Assembly: GCA_002269645.1 (NCBI GenBank)
Contig: NIVC01000870.1
Coordinates: 1 to 64,000 of the forward strand
Length of the DNA stretch: 64,000 bases
DNA from: Macrostomum lignano
Lineage: Eukaryota
Reading direction: 5' to 3'
The number at the start of each line of letters is the position of its first letter. Within the stretch, counting starts at the first letter, position 1. A program made the translations under genes and the position numbers. Under the pieces are notes generated by a model. It ran no database searches and was not told the origin of the DNA. It saw only the letters and a list, made by a program, of their open reading frames with translations. This document shows positions 12,601-25,596 of the stretch, piece after piece.

Positions 12601-14324
12601 ATATGCAGCAGCAAGTGCAGCGGAAATCAAATCAAAATTAGTACATATAGTTGAAATCATCGCAGATTGATTTCGCACACATTAAATCGTCTGGCTCAGG
12701 GTGCTGACCGGAGCTCGATGACGCTCGATCATGTTGAGTTGCTCCTGGTGGTGGGCGGCCTCCAGTACAGTAAAGCGGGCTCGTAACTTTAAATTTAAAT
12801 TTCTCATATGCAAATATTTAGCGTCTTATGTACCTACTTCAACCAAATCTATGTTAATAAAAACTGCCGCCATGTTTTCAGCTTTGCTATGTTTACAGTC
12901 AGCCACCCAATGTCAAATGTGTCCTTACTAACACAGTCTGTTAGAGCTAAGATTTAGTTGGCTAATCTAACTTAGTACTTAGGAGCAGTGCTCAACTAAG
13001 ACTCAATAGTTACTATAACTAGTCATGAACTAATAGTCTGTCAGGCACACCGGGCCGATCTTACAAGACAATACTAAACTGGAGCACACAGTCCGGGCTG
13101 AGTTGCAAACTCGGGGCAACCAGGAGAGCAGAAATTCAAATTGGTGCGTGCGGTATTTATATACCCGCAGAACAGTGCATTAAAACAACTGGTGGGCCTC
13201 TTGGCACAACGTTGCGGTATCCTATTTGTTTTCGCGTGTGCATGAGTTCCCAGTGAATTAATTGCGCACGTTAGTATACTCACTTTAGTCATTAGTAATA
13301 AATAATAATTCGCGTAGTTAACGATGAATTTCAGGAGCCTTACCACAATTGTAGCACATTATTATCAATATGAGCACAATAGATTATCCTGAGGCTATAA
13401 TATAACTTATAAAAATTATTAGAGCACAACCTCGGTGGAAGTTGAGTTACTAATGTCTAATTTTAATTCCCGCAATTAAGTTAAGTCAAAACTGTCTCAT
13501 CTGGTGATTAAACTGCTGGATAATTGATAATCAAAGGTCTAAGGCGGTTTGGGTTGGCTCTATAGCATACAGGGAAATATTATTTGGTCCAATAGCACCG
13601 GAACACGATTATGAGGCAAGCCGAGCGCGAGGAGGGAGAAGAAGAGCCTACACCAAAAAACACGAAACTCCCGCACCCAAAACCGCGCCAAAACTGACCC
13701 ACTAAAACCTCCAAACCTACTGCAAAACGTGGTAACCAAAATAGTAGAAAAGTAGATAAAATTATAGACAGAATTTTTCCTAGAACTGAACATAAAAGCG
13801 CTTTCCCCCTAACTCGATATTAATTACAAAAAATCAATTTAAGTACAATAAAAAACGGATAGAAACTAAAAATGTTATAGCATAATGACATCGTCACAAC
13901 GAGTGTATTTATCAGATACAAATCTTTCTCACGATGGATTAACTTGAGTAAGCAAAAAGTAGTTTATCAAGCCAATTGTTCATAGTCAGATAATGTGGGT
14001 AGAAGGATAATAAGTGAGAAGAGCGAGATAAAACTTTTTACCCACAGTCAGATTAAAATGGCAGGCAAAAGTACAATGAAATTGTGACTTAAAAGTAGAA
14101 CTTACTAGCAATCTACGCCCCCGTTGGGGAGCCAAAGAAATGCAATACACGTTTTTTTAATAAGCTACATATATCCTTGAAATCTTAAAAAATCTTCTGT
14201 CAAACCTTGTAAGCCTTGACATGTCAGTTATCCCCCCCCCACAAGCTTTAACATATCAACTTCCCCCTTGACATCTCAGCAATGCCCCCAATAAGCCTTG
14301 GAAATCTAAAAATATCTGTCAACC

Positions 14325-14388
14325 TTCTAACCCTAACCCTAGCCTAACCCTAACCCTAACCCTAACCCTAACCCTAACCTAACCCTAA
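14325..14388. repeat. Interstitial telomere-like (CCCTAA)n/(TTAGGG)n, ~10 units
   Basis: Directly visible; a degenerate counterpart lies at ~14760-14808 in a ~450-bp internal duplication. Confidence 0.9.
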
Positions 14389-15244
14389 AGCATTGAAATT
14401 TCAGTAATTCTCTCTAAGAGTCATTATAGCACTACTACAGCATTATAGCGATTCCCTGCAAGCCTCAACATCGTAGGGATTCCCAAATGAATCTCTTAAC
14501 TTCGACATGAAGCTTCTTTTATTTTTTACATTACGCTTTTTTATCAGCGATCCCTACCCTGAGGAGGCATCAAATAATGTAATAAAAAGTTTTCAATAAA
14601 CTACATGTAGCTTCTGACTTTAGCCTTGAAATCTCATTTATACCCCCGTGAGCCTTGACATCTCAGCTATTCCCCCCGTAAGCCTTGACATGTCAGCAAT
14701 GGCCCCCATAAACCTTGAAATCTAAAAAATCCCCTGTTAACCTTGAAACCGGATAAAATATAACCCTCAACCCACACCTGACCTAAACCTAACTTTAACC
14801 CAACCTAAAGCCTTGAAATCTCAGCAATTCTTCTCCCCTAAGCCTTGACATTTTAGTGATTCCTTCTTTAAGAATAACAGCACTATAACGATTTCCACCA
14901 AGCTTTGACATCGTAGCAATTCCCAAATGAATCTTTCAACTTCGACATGACTTTTATTTTATGTATACATAGTGCTACTTTTATTTTTTACATGAGTCTT
15001 CTTCTATCAGCGCCCCCCCGTGACATGAACTTTGAAGTAGCTTCTGACTTTTGCTTTGACATCTCAGAAACCCCCCCGTAATCTCAGTTATTCTCTGAGA
15101 GCCTTTACGTCTCAGTTTTTCTCCCCAGCACAGCATTATAATTGCATTTAATTTTTACATGAACCCTTCATGTCTGACATGACGTTTCTTTTATTCTACC
15201 GTGACGCTTCTTAATTTTTTAAATGACACTTTCATTAGTTTTTA

Positions 15245-16440
15245 AATGAGGCTTCTATGATTTTTTCTTGACGCTTCTATGATTTTTACATGACGCTTCT
15301 ATGATTTTTATATGACGCTTCTATGATTGTTTACATGACGCTTCTATGATTGTTTACATGACGCTTCTATGATTGTTTACATGACGCTTCAACGATTTTT
15401 TACATGACACTTCTATGATTGTTTACATGACGCTTCTATGATTTTTTACATGGCGCTTCTATGATTGTTTACATGACGCTTCTATGATTGTTTACATGAC
15501 GCTTCTATGATTGTTTACATGACGCTTCTACGATTTTTATATGACGCTTCTATGATTTTTTAAATGGCGCTTCTATCATTTTTTAATGACACTTCTATGA
15601 TTTTTACATGACGCTTCTATGATTTTTTACATGACGCTTCTATGATTGTTTACATGACGCTTCTATGATTGTTTACATGACGTTTCTATGATTGTTTACA
15701 TGACGCTTCTATGATTGTTTACATAAAGCTTCTATGATTGTTTACATGACGCTTCTATGATTGTTTACATGACGCTTCTATGATTGTTTACATGACGCTT
15801 CTATGATTGTTTACATGACGCTTCTATGATTGTTTACATGACGCTTCTATGATTGTTTACATGACGCTTCTAAGATTTTTTACATGACGCTTCTACGATT
15901 TTTTACATGACGCTTCTATGATTGTTTACATGACGCTTCTATGATTTTTTAAATGACGCTTCTATGATTTTTATATGACGCTTCTATTATTTTTTAATGA
16001 CGCTTCTATGATTGTTTAAATGACGCTTCTATGATTGTTTACATGACGCTTCTATGATTGTTTACATGACGCTTCTATGATTGTTTACATGACGCTTCTA
16101 TGATTGTTTACATGACGCTTCTATGATTGTTTACATGACGCTTCTAAGATTTTTTACATGACGCTTCTACGATTTTTTACATGACGCTTCTATGATTGTT
16201 TACATGACGCTTCTATGATTTTTTAAATGACGCTTCTATGATTTTTATATGACGCTTCTATGATTTTTTACATGACGCTTCTATGATTGTTTACATGACG
16301 CTTCTACGATTTTTTAAATGACGCTTCTATGATTGTTTACATGACGCTTCTATGATTTTTTTACGTGACGCTTCTATGATTTTTTAAATGGTGCTTCTAT
16401 GATTTTGTAAATGACGCTGCTATGATTTTTACATGACGCT
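15245..16440. repeat. 23-bp minisatellite (catgacgcttctatgattgttta), ~50 copies
   Basis: Period of 23 checked at 15745/15768. Confidence 0.95.
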
Positions 16441-17052
16441 TGTTTTTAAAAAGTCTTTTAGTTTTCCTGACGTTGAAAAGCTTTAATTAAAAAAATTATA
16501 CTTTATGAAAATTTGAACCATCGTCGCTGCATTTAGCAGTTCAGTCTGTTTACCTCTAGGCTAGCTCTCATCGTTTTGATAACATCAAAATTTGCACTTA
16601 TATAATTCAACACTTGAAAATCCAAGCATAGAGTAAATCACACGAAGCAGTTATGACATAATCAGTTTCTCAGTCAGTCAGTATCAGTTAACAATATGGT
16701 TACGCAATTTAAATCAAGTCTGGTGCTACGCTTCCACACTGCATTTTCAATTCAAGTCGGAGTTACAATTCAGTTATGATGCAATCTATTTCAGAATCAG
16801 AATTCAACCAGTCAGTTTTTTGTCTAGCATTCTTACAATACATTTCAAGTCGAAAAGTTTGCTTGACCTTTGCAAAAAAGCATGTTTTTCGAATATTTAA
16901 TGCCTTTAGCATCGAACAATTTCTTAGCCACGATGCATGTACAGTCACGGGAAAATTTCTGATCGAACAGTGCAAGTTCGAACAAAATCGGTCCAGCCAT
17001 TTTTTCTCTAATCGATCACATAGACACAGACAGACCATTTTTAGTATATAGA

Positions 17053-19015
17053 GTGGAACTCCTCCGTTGGAGGAGAAATCCGCTGAATTGAAATCCCCGG
17101 AATCCCATGGTTGGAATGTTGAATCTGCAGAACTCCATATCGTAACCCTAACCCTAGCTCTTGGGCCAGCGAAATTGAGCTACTGAAACGATCGCCTGCC
17201 CCCGTTGATGCATATGCATTGCGCCATCACTGTCGCAGCCCGGTTCTCACAAATGTACACTGCATTTAGCCGAATTTATTCATTTATGTCGGCCTTGTTA
17301 CTTGCAAGCGTACAGTAAAGATCAAGTCTATTCAATGCAAAACTAATGGCAGTGTTTAATTAAATTATATTTACATATTATATACATAAAATAATCAGAC
17401 AGCACAATCCGAAGCAACCTGTCAAGACGAAAAGCAGTAGAGACCATGAAAAGCACATCAGTGTTTGAAATTGACATCGGGAATAATTAAAGAAGAGCAG
17501 AGTAGCACCACACAAAGCAAAGCAGAATGCGTTACTCGCTAATGTCGGAGCAGAGCAAAAACAGCAACTGAACTTCATAAAAGCGATTGACTGACCCACA
17601 GCCAAGCTAGAGACCAAAGGAAAGAGGCGCGACTTCCTCCCGTAAGCACTACTGCAAGAGGATAATTTGACAGCTATCAATTTTGAGCTTCCTAATTTGG
17701 GTTACAACAATTTCTTCCTATTTCAAAGAGTCTTTGCCCCAAGTTGCTAATAACTTTTTGGCCCAGGTGGTCGCACATCTTTTTACATCCCTTCTGCCGT
17801 TAAAATTATTGAAATTGTAAATCGAAGCCGAGTTTCAGCTGAGCGAGCGGTCTGCTCCTGCTGACGCCGGGACTGCAGCCTTTCTTCACGCTGGACCTCC
17901 CCCTCATCGTCCAAGCGTTTATTCTTCGCTTCCCTTACCTTCTGCAGCCGAGCTTCCCGGTCAGCAGAGCTCTCCTCTCTGCGCTTCTTCTTCGCCTTTG
18001 AAGCATTCCGCGCACTACTCGCGAACGATGCACCTCTGCTTCGCTTGGGCATATTGAATGATGAGAAATGAGAAGCTATGAGAAAGCTAGAACCTAAATG
18101 AAAAATAAGTTATGAAGACTTTGACTTGAGAAGCATCAGTTTATATGGAATTCAATCATAGGAGAGTTGAAAAATCAATGAGCTTTCGCTATTTGGACTG
18201 TGTACACTGCGGTGATTCATTTATTTAATCTCAATATTATCTCCAGCCAATCACTCAATATGAAAATCAGTCTATAGCCCATGCACCTCCCCAAATGCAC
18301 AGGGAGAGTCTAGGCTTGTGCATTACACAGTCAGAATTGAAATTAATGAAACCCCTCCCCAGCCACTTAACGTTTTCACAATTGAAATCAAGAAATTTTC
18401 TATGACAAATTGCTCTGATGCAGTTGAGATTTCGGAACAGAAAATTATACCATTCTGTTCAGTTTTTCAAACTCTTTCCAACGGTGTGATTCACTTTTCT
18501 GTAGCTTCAAAATTGAAAGCAGAAATTAAGGTGCAAGTTTTCCCGTTTCTTACTTACAGAGCGCAATGTACACTCGGAGTTAAAATCAAGCCAATCCATT
18601 CTCGCGCAGTGTGCACCTCCACCCCATTTTAACACTGAGCAAGTAGGCAGGCCCGACCGCCGCCAACCAATTCTCGTCTCAAATGCCGGTACCCCTCCCA
18701 CAGCTGAAATGAAATACACTGCAGAGATAGGAGAAAAGTTGTGGCGCAACCATACAAAATAGCGCCAAGTGGCAAGTCCATGGAATGCGATAGACATCTG
18801 GTTGTCTGGTTTGTGCTGTTTTCTGCTTTTTTGAAGCAATTAAAATTGAAATTTGAAAATGAATTTTAAACTGTAGCATCGTCGGGACATTTGACATGTT
18901 TTGGTACCGGTTTGAAAGTTGAGTTGCAAGAATCCTAGGAGGAGATCGTCGACAAACCCGGCCCACCGGCCCACCCTACCACCGGACCACGACGTCAGCT
19001 TTAGTAAAGAGAGGA
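17053..19015 (-). mobile_element. Non-autonomous Helitron A retaining an STPR-like first exon
   Basis: 5' A|TCCTCTCTTTACTAAAGCTG at 19015; STPR-like ORF 17783-18052; perfect hairpin ctcctcc-gtt-ggaggag at 17059-17075. Confidence 0.6.
17783..18052 (-). pseudogene. STPR-like N-terminal fragment of a Helitron RepHel protein
   Basis: MPKR start with E...RE.RL repeats (EESSADREARL, EGEVQREERL), matching the N-terminus of the Helitron at 1-2.6 kb. Confidence 0.6.
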
Positions 19016-19288
19016 TGAATGGAGCGCCTGTATCTTTAGTGTTTAGAGTTTTTTCTGTAAGTAATTCATGTCCCTACAAAAAAGCAGTTAAAAGCGTACA
19101 GTGTAGTGACGCTCTAGAATAGGAGATAACAGCGATTGTCCAATCATGCAAGTCTGCAAGCGATACCCAATAGGAAATCTACGGAATTGATCGATGACGG
19201 CAATAAAATGTTACTTTCGCGATTTAAGAGCTGAGAGTATTTCACATTTGAATCTTTGAACCAGTAAACTATTTCTTTGCCTCGAATT

Positions 19289-22200
19289 ATGCAAAGCACA
19301 TTATTTCTTACAGTACTTCTGTCCAGTAAGTATCGATGCATCTTCACTGAATATTTGCTAAAATGATTGTTATAGCATTAATCATTTCCTAAAATCTTGC
19401 AGTTTCAACTGAAATCTGTCAGACTGCAATGGTCTTCAATAAAGTGGACAGAATCGTATTAGACTCGACTGCAAGTACCGAGCTTATCAACATAGCGAAT
19501 TCCGAATCAAATATTGACTGCCTAGCTAAATGTCAGTCAAAAGGATGCGCAGCTGCAAGCTTCATCTTGAAAAATGGTACTTGCAAGCTTTTGATCATTA
19601 ATAATGCTTCGAACAACCATGAGCTGCCAGATGGTTTTAGAGACAATGTTTTAATTTCAAAAAGCAACGACTCGAATTTGTGGAAGGCCGGGACGTTTGA
19701 TAAAATGCTGAGAATGAGAGCCAAAGTTAACATGACCTATTTGAGTAAGTATTTGCTCAAACACTGTTCTGTATTCACTTTTTTAAAATTCATTTTATTA
19801 TTTGACGAAATCAGAACGAACAAGTAAGACTGTAAGACTGGCAAGTAAGTAAACTTACTTTAACTAGACTAAGAAGCAGCTGTTTACACTTTCTAACGAG
19901 CAGAAAATACCATATTCTTTCCTGAACAGTAGAAATTAGCAGGATTCTTAATCTCTCATAACAAATTCACAGTTCTCAGAAACGATGATGAGGAAGAAAG
20001 TGAAGGCAACTGCCCACCCTGTGTATCTTTGTGAGCTGAGGTTTCAGCGAAATGGGCATGACTGCTTGTCTCCTCGCTGCCTGCAGGTCGACTATCACTT
20101 TTATTTGCATTAGTGCTCAAAATTACTACCTGTCAACTTTAGACAGCAGCTCTGGGAGGCTGGGCAGCGTGCAGCAGCTCCTCATCAACATTACCGGCTG
20201 CTACCGGATCGAGGTGGGCGGCGCCAGAGGCGGCCCTGGAAAATCTCGCCTTGGTGGTTTGGGCGCCACAGCGTCTGATTGTTTCTGGCTGAACGCTGGC
20301 ACCCGTCTGGCCATCGCGATCGGTCAGGCAGGAGCACCGTCGCTGTCGAGTCTAGCTGGAGCCGGCGGAGGAGGCGGCACCTTCGTGTACACGAACTCTG
20401 ACACTGTCTACAGGAATGTCTCCATCAGCAACTGGAATGTCAGCGACTGCATGCGGGATGGTAGTTCGGAGGCGGCGAGCTGCTACCTTCTTCTTGCGGC
20501 TGGCGGCGGCGGCGGGGCCTCAAATTTGAATGATGGTGAGTGTAATCAGAAATAAACCCGCGGGTACCAGTCTAACTATAACTTGGGCCAATACTACCAA
20601 ATCAGTCAATTAATTTGTTGCTTTTTTATTTGTTGAATGGAAAAACTAGAAAGGTTTCCATGTGCAATTTTGTTGGAAATATTGTTGTGGTATTCTACGA
20701 GCTAATCAGGCTAGACTGATATTTATATAATATAGAAGTGCATTAGGAGAACGCTGATGGAAGCAGCAGATAAAAGATGCAGGTTGCTGGCCCACAGGAG
20801 ACCCCAAAAGCCGATGGGCAGACCATACCAGAGCGCTGCACCAGCGTTCGTCGATAAGTCTATGTGAGCTCTGAGCTGCAGCAGCATCGTGGGGCTCAGA
20901 GCAATTTTTGCTTTGCTCGGGCGTCCCGCTTGCGCTTGACGCCCTGTAGCGCTAGGCGCACACTACTAGGCGTGGGTGAGTCAGGTCTTCCCGTTTGAGC
21001 CAGGCAACTGCATGTAGAGATCTGCATGAGGAATTGCCTCTTGTCAGGCCCTAAGAGTCAGCTGCGACGGTGAAGTCATCACAAGGTAGTTGCAAATAGT
21101 TTGGTGCCTGTTCCCTGCGGATCATCATTTGCTTGACCGCTTTAAAAAGCCGATAGTAAATGGTGACTTCTTTGGCGTCGGCTGGGAGAATATGTGCTTG
21201 ATTTGCACTCTCGGAATCATACCGTAACCCTTTCAGAATCAGAACTTAGCATTTGACTGTAGTTCCTCTTTTCACATGACTAGCTTGTTACGAGTATATG
21301 TCCGTCGCACGATAAGGCGGTCTCTGACATAATCTTGGGATTTAAAAGGCTAGAAACTGGTGCTGGTGGTGGTGGTTCACCGGTGATTCCTGTAGCCAGG
21401 AGACGCTGCTCTATCGTTTAGTTTTTTAATCTTCTCTTGTCATCGCATGTTCACTGGCCGGGTGATTGTCTTTGCGAATTCAGCAAAAATGTGAAAAGTG
21501 ACAAGTCCTGCGAAAGAATAATTGGTGTTAAACTGATGCACACTGACCGACCGTTTTTTTGGGCGGCTGTGCCTTTGGCTATTGAGGGCGTGTCTCGTTT
21601 GTGCTTTCTGGTGGCAGCAGGTCCGTAGCTAGCAGCGGAAAGTCGCCCACCGAAAAACTGTCGTGCTATTTTATACAGGTAACCTCGTCAAAGCGCATGA
21701 CCGTGACATCTCCACCAGTTCTCCAATATGAACACTTTACTCGTAGCACGCTGTAACCCCCATGAAAATTTATTGCTCTGCTACTAACGCCATCTAGCTC
21801 GTAGTAACAAAGTAATGTGCCTAAGCTCATTGGTGCGATCCTAAGGCTTAGAAATTTCATAAAGTTTCCATGAGCGTTCTTAAAAGGGGCTCTCAAAGAC
21901 GCACTTTTATTTATCGATCTTTCCTTTATAAATATATTTTTAGGCATCGCTGGCCAAGCTGGTACGTCCGGAACAAATTCCAAAGGTATTTTGACTAGCA
22001 GCGAAGGATTTGGCGGCTCCAATGGGAATCCGGGATACTTAGATCCGGAGAAGCGTTTCAGCACAAATGCGCACGGCGGCTGCGGCGCAGGCTGGCTTGG
22101 TCGTGCCGTAAATGCTCGAAAGTTGAGCATTGATGGCGACCACGGAGGCGGCCTCGCTGACGGCTGGCTGGGCGGAGTTACTGGTAACGATGGTACAGGA

Positions 22201-22434
22201 GGCGATGGGGGCTTTGGTGGTGGCGGTGGAGGCGGTAACAATGCTGGAGCTTCTGGAGGCGGCGGTGGTTTTAGCGGTGGAGGAGCCGGTGTCGGCTACA
22301 CCCAGGTCGGTGGTGGCGGTGGCTCTGTCTGCTTCGGAGGTGTCAGTTGCAGCATCAAAACTGCTGGCAACTCTGTTCGCGAGCAAGGCTTCGCGACCGT
22401 GCAACTGTTGAATTATCTGGCGTATGGTTGCTGA
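19289..22434 (+). CDS. Secreted PAN/Apple + ALK/LTK-like glycine-rich domain protein, paralog 1 (420 aa)
   Basis: Exons 19289-19325, 19403-19744, 20143-20535, 21944-22434; all introns GT-AG phase 1; total 1263 nt. Signal-like MQSTLFLTVLLSIS, PAN CLAKCQSKGCAAASF..C, GRD motifs YRIEVGGARGG, LAIAIGQAG, GGGGGTFV, LLLAAGGGGG, GGFGGGGGG, GGFSGG. AATAAA at ~22443. Confidence 0.88.
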
Positions 22435-24419
22435 TGAGATCGAATAAAAACTTTGTTGTAATACTTGTAAGTACGAGAAGTTTGGACTGCAGAAGTTATA
22501 ACTCAGAATTACGCTCGTAGCAACAAAATATTATACCACTTTATGAGCGAATGAACTAAATTGTCAGCCAGTGCAAGTCATTACATTAAGAATTAAGTTT
22601 GATTGATTTCATTGACGGTTCCTATGAATCTTGAACTCAATGCGCGAAAGTGAGCCTAGCACCCTCCTAGCCCTTTCGTAGCTTTAACACTTAAAAACGT
22701 CAATGATCGTTCGAAACCTGTTTCGATTACTTTCCTTCTCTTTATAGTTCTCTTTCTCTTATTATTTCATGATTTTCTAAAATGTATTCTCGTCGGTTGT
22801 GTGATTTTATGAATTAATTTCCATGTAAGGTATGTAATATTGTTCTTGACACTTTGCTTTCCTTTTAAATGTTTCTTGAAAGTTTCTTGTTACTACCTTA
22901 CGTAAGCTTTTTTGTACTGTAGGAAACCTAAAATGTTACGTAAATTATTAAATTAATAAATATACCACAGCCTACCGTCATATTTCCAACCCCCCCACAT
23001 GTTTAGCCCAAATGACTGATAAACAAAACAAAAGAACCAGCGCCTGGCTTTCCAATTCACTTCGTTAAATGAAATCCTTTTAAATTGAATAGTTATTTGA
23101 TGAAGTCCTGGACAAGCCTGTACAGCCCTGCGGAATAAAATCCTATCACCTTATCAAGTATTCATTCTTGTCCCATATTAACAGGGCTAATAAATCCTCG
23201 CTCTGGAACGATCTATTAAGGGAGAGGGCGCAGAAACGATCAGAGTTACCAAAATTTTCGCGAATGAACCGCATTCTATAGGTACTCGAGGTAAGTGGAA
23301 GAAACAGCGAGTCTGTTTTAATTGGAAAATGGCTATTAAATGCTATGCTGTGAAACTTTACTTTCCACTCCAAACCCAAAAAGTTAAAGATAATTCATCA
23401 GTTTTGTTTTTAGATTGCTACCAGACTAAAAAAGCCAACCTTTTTACGTCGAAAACCTTTCTATATTCCCATCTTTTTCCTGGCTCTAACCCTTTGCTAT
23501 TATCTTCTTATCTGCACTTTACGTTTTTCCAGCTCTCATCTGCCTTTTTAGCCTTTGCTGTTTTATTTCGTAGCTGTTTTGACGTTAGTAACGTTCATCG
23601 CCTTCTTACCCTCCGCTTTCGCAAAATCCCTATTTTCGCTTGATATATTGACGTTGAATGGTCTCTCCTCATGTGCTGATGTGAAAAGCATTTCCCTTAA
23701 TGCTAAGGCTACTACAACTATTCCACAGAAACTCTACCCCGTCTGATTCGCCATATTTTATCTAATGCAAAAAGTTCGTTTTATCACTTGATATTGGACT
23801 ATCATCACTCGCAACGAGTGCTTCAACAGCAGCTGCATCCTTGAAAACGGTCTTGTCGCGCTTTTTGCGAAATCATTGTATTTTTTGCTCATTCAACAGC
23901 TGCTTCAACTGCACTTATCGAGTCTGCAGATACAAAAGTGCCCGTTTAAATATCCTCATGTAGCGTTGGACTTAGCCGTTAACTCAAAATTCAACATTGT
24001 CATAATTTTTTAGAGCATGTGTCTGCATTTTCATTGCATCAATGTGGCCATTCTGGCCTATGACATGACATTTTCTATGACATTTTTATTTTAGTAGACG
24101 GAATACAAACAAAGCAACAGGACAAAAGATGCGCATACAATGTGTTTTTAAAAGTTAGTCAACAATTAGTCAGTTGAGTTGCCGTTAACGCGCCAAATTA
24201 TTCATTATCAGACATTGAGTCCGCTAGTTGTTCAGGCCTTAAAAATCAAACGTACAATTTTGAAATGTGCCAGAAAATTTGACACTGATCGTTGAAACGA
24301 GCAAAGGCGTATTCGGTTGGCCTTCAGCTTGATAAACTTCGCAGGTACCTACTGATTTCTTGATTGACATTACACCAGTAGGGCCCACACGCTTAACGCA
24401 CACGGTCGACGTACTAGCG

Positions 24420-25035
24420 TCAACGAACGGCTTCGGACATAGCTCTAAAGTCGGCGTCTCTCCTAATCCTTGAGTATCGTTCTACACTCACCGGGTTCTT
24501 GTGACCAGTGCTGCAAACGATCGCGGAATTCGAAAATCCATGCACCTTCAAAACAGTAACGTGCGTTACACGAATGCAAGGATTCGTGTATCGCTTAGAG
24601 AGCCCCAGTTTAGTAGAAAGTCGACTCATCAGTTGATCTATCGTGTTCTTGCCAACCGTACGGGAGCCACAGTACCAGCGCTTATCCGATATATCTTTCA
24701 AAACGTTGACACACGTTTCTTGTGTGTATGTGACTGGCCATAGACTAGCTGTGGGTACACGTTTCTTGACACACAAGCAACTCGATTTTAAGATTGTGCT
24801 GATTGTTTAGGCACTGAAGGTACATCTTCAATGCAGCAACAGGACAGCTCCTATTTTCAGACTCAGAGTACATGCGTGCTTGTTTAGTATCCTGGAACTC
24901 GGTCTTCTTCAGAGATGTCCTTGAGTTCTTACTCAGAAAGTCATGTTTCAGGGCGACATAGTCGCGCCCCTCAGAATCTTGTAGAAACGCGAAGCTTTCT
25001 AAAGTTAGAGTTGGTAGAGTTTCTCGTCTTTGCAA
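24420..25035 (-). pseudogene. Crypton-like (DUF3504/KCTD1-type) tyrosine recombinase fragment
   Basis: SCPVAALKMYL, WYCGSRTVGKNTI, YTNPCIRVT (canonical TNHSLRAT), TGHKNPVSVERY with the catalytic-type Tyr; frameshift between ORFs 24745-25035 and 24420-24776. Confidence 0.75.
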
Positions 25036-25596
25036 TCAAAAGTAGTAAATTAGATGAAACATGACCTCGTCTTGCAGTACGACTTATTAGACCTATCAAA
25101 ATAATTTATTGATTTATCGGTAAATAATAATCGCAGCAAATTCCTCTCGAGATTTAAGCTGATTAGCCAGCTTGTACTTAGGCAGTCTTGCATGATGGCA
25201 TCGTAATTAAGAATTGACAGGCGCAGTTAACTATGACTTGGTTGCAATTTCAACAATAAAAACAATCAATACGTTTTTTCTGAAAGCGCGACTAAATTCA
25301 ATCGTCTTTCTTGACATGCGCGCACTTATTTTTTATTGAAAAAAATTCGCATGCTTCAAATGCCGATAAAGCAATCCTGATATCAGTGTTTACGTCCGTC
25401 TAGTGTTTCATTAGTTAACTACGCATATTATCTTGGCCTCGCTCTCAGCCGTCACAGCCAATTCACTTTTTGGTGGTCCTGGACTGCGCAAAAGCAAACA
25501 GATTTTCCTTACACTTTGGTATAAATATAGAGCGCTCATCAGACAGCACTAGCAATACTATTTTTTATCAAAGATTTACCGACTATATACCAAACC

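Larger units (their letters stand above)
14105..17052 (-). mobile_element. Non-autonomous Helitron B (2948 bp)
   Basis: 5' TCTATATACTAAAAATGGTCTGTCTGT...GGCTGGACCGATTTT at 17052. 3' GC hairpin (plus strand gccccc-gttg-gggagc, 14117-14132), then 8 nt, CTAG (14105-14108) and T. Confidence 0.75.

Noticed and set aside
10591-13022. Plus-strand Helitron from A|TCTATATAT to CTAG|T
   Set aside because: No well-placed GC-rich hairpin before the CTAG and no corroborating copy in the window.
14325-14388. True telomere or chromosome end
   Set aside because: Only ~64 bp, interrupted, and internal to a Helitron.
15245-16440. CRISPR-like regular array (also 32247-32835 and the PIKfyve intron arrays)
   Set aside because: Units are head-to-tail with no unique spacers, there are no cas genes, and the context is eukaryotic.
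21120-21240. SPRY-like peptide (RFKKPIVNGDFFGVGWE) in intron 3 of paralog 1
   Set aside because: Too short, with no supporting splice structure.
21666-22241. 191-aa Pro-rich minus-strand ORF (also 40881-41333 and 40930-41286)
   Set aside because: Antisense or off-frame shadows of the Gly-rich exon 4.
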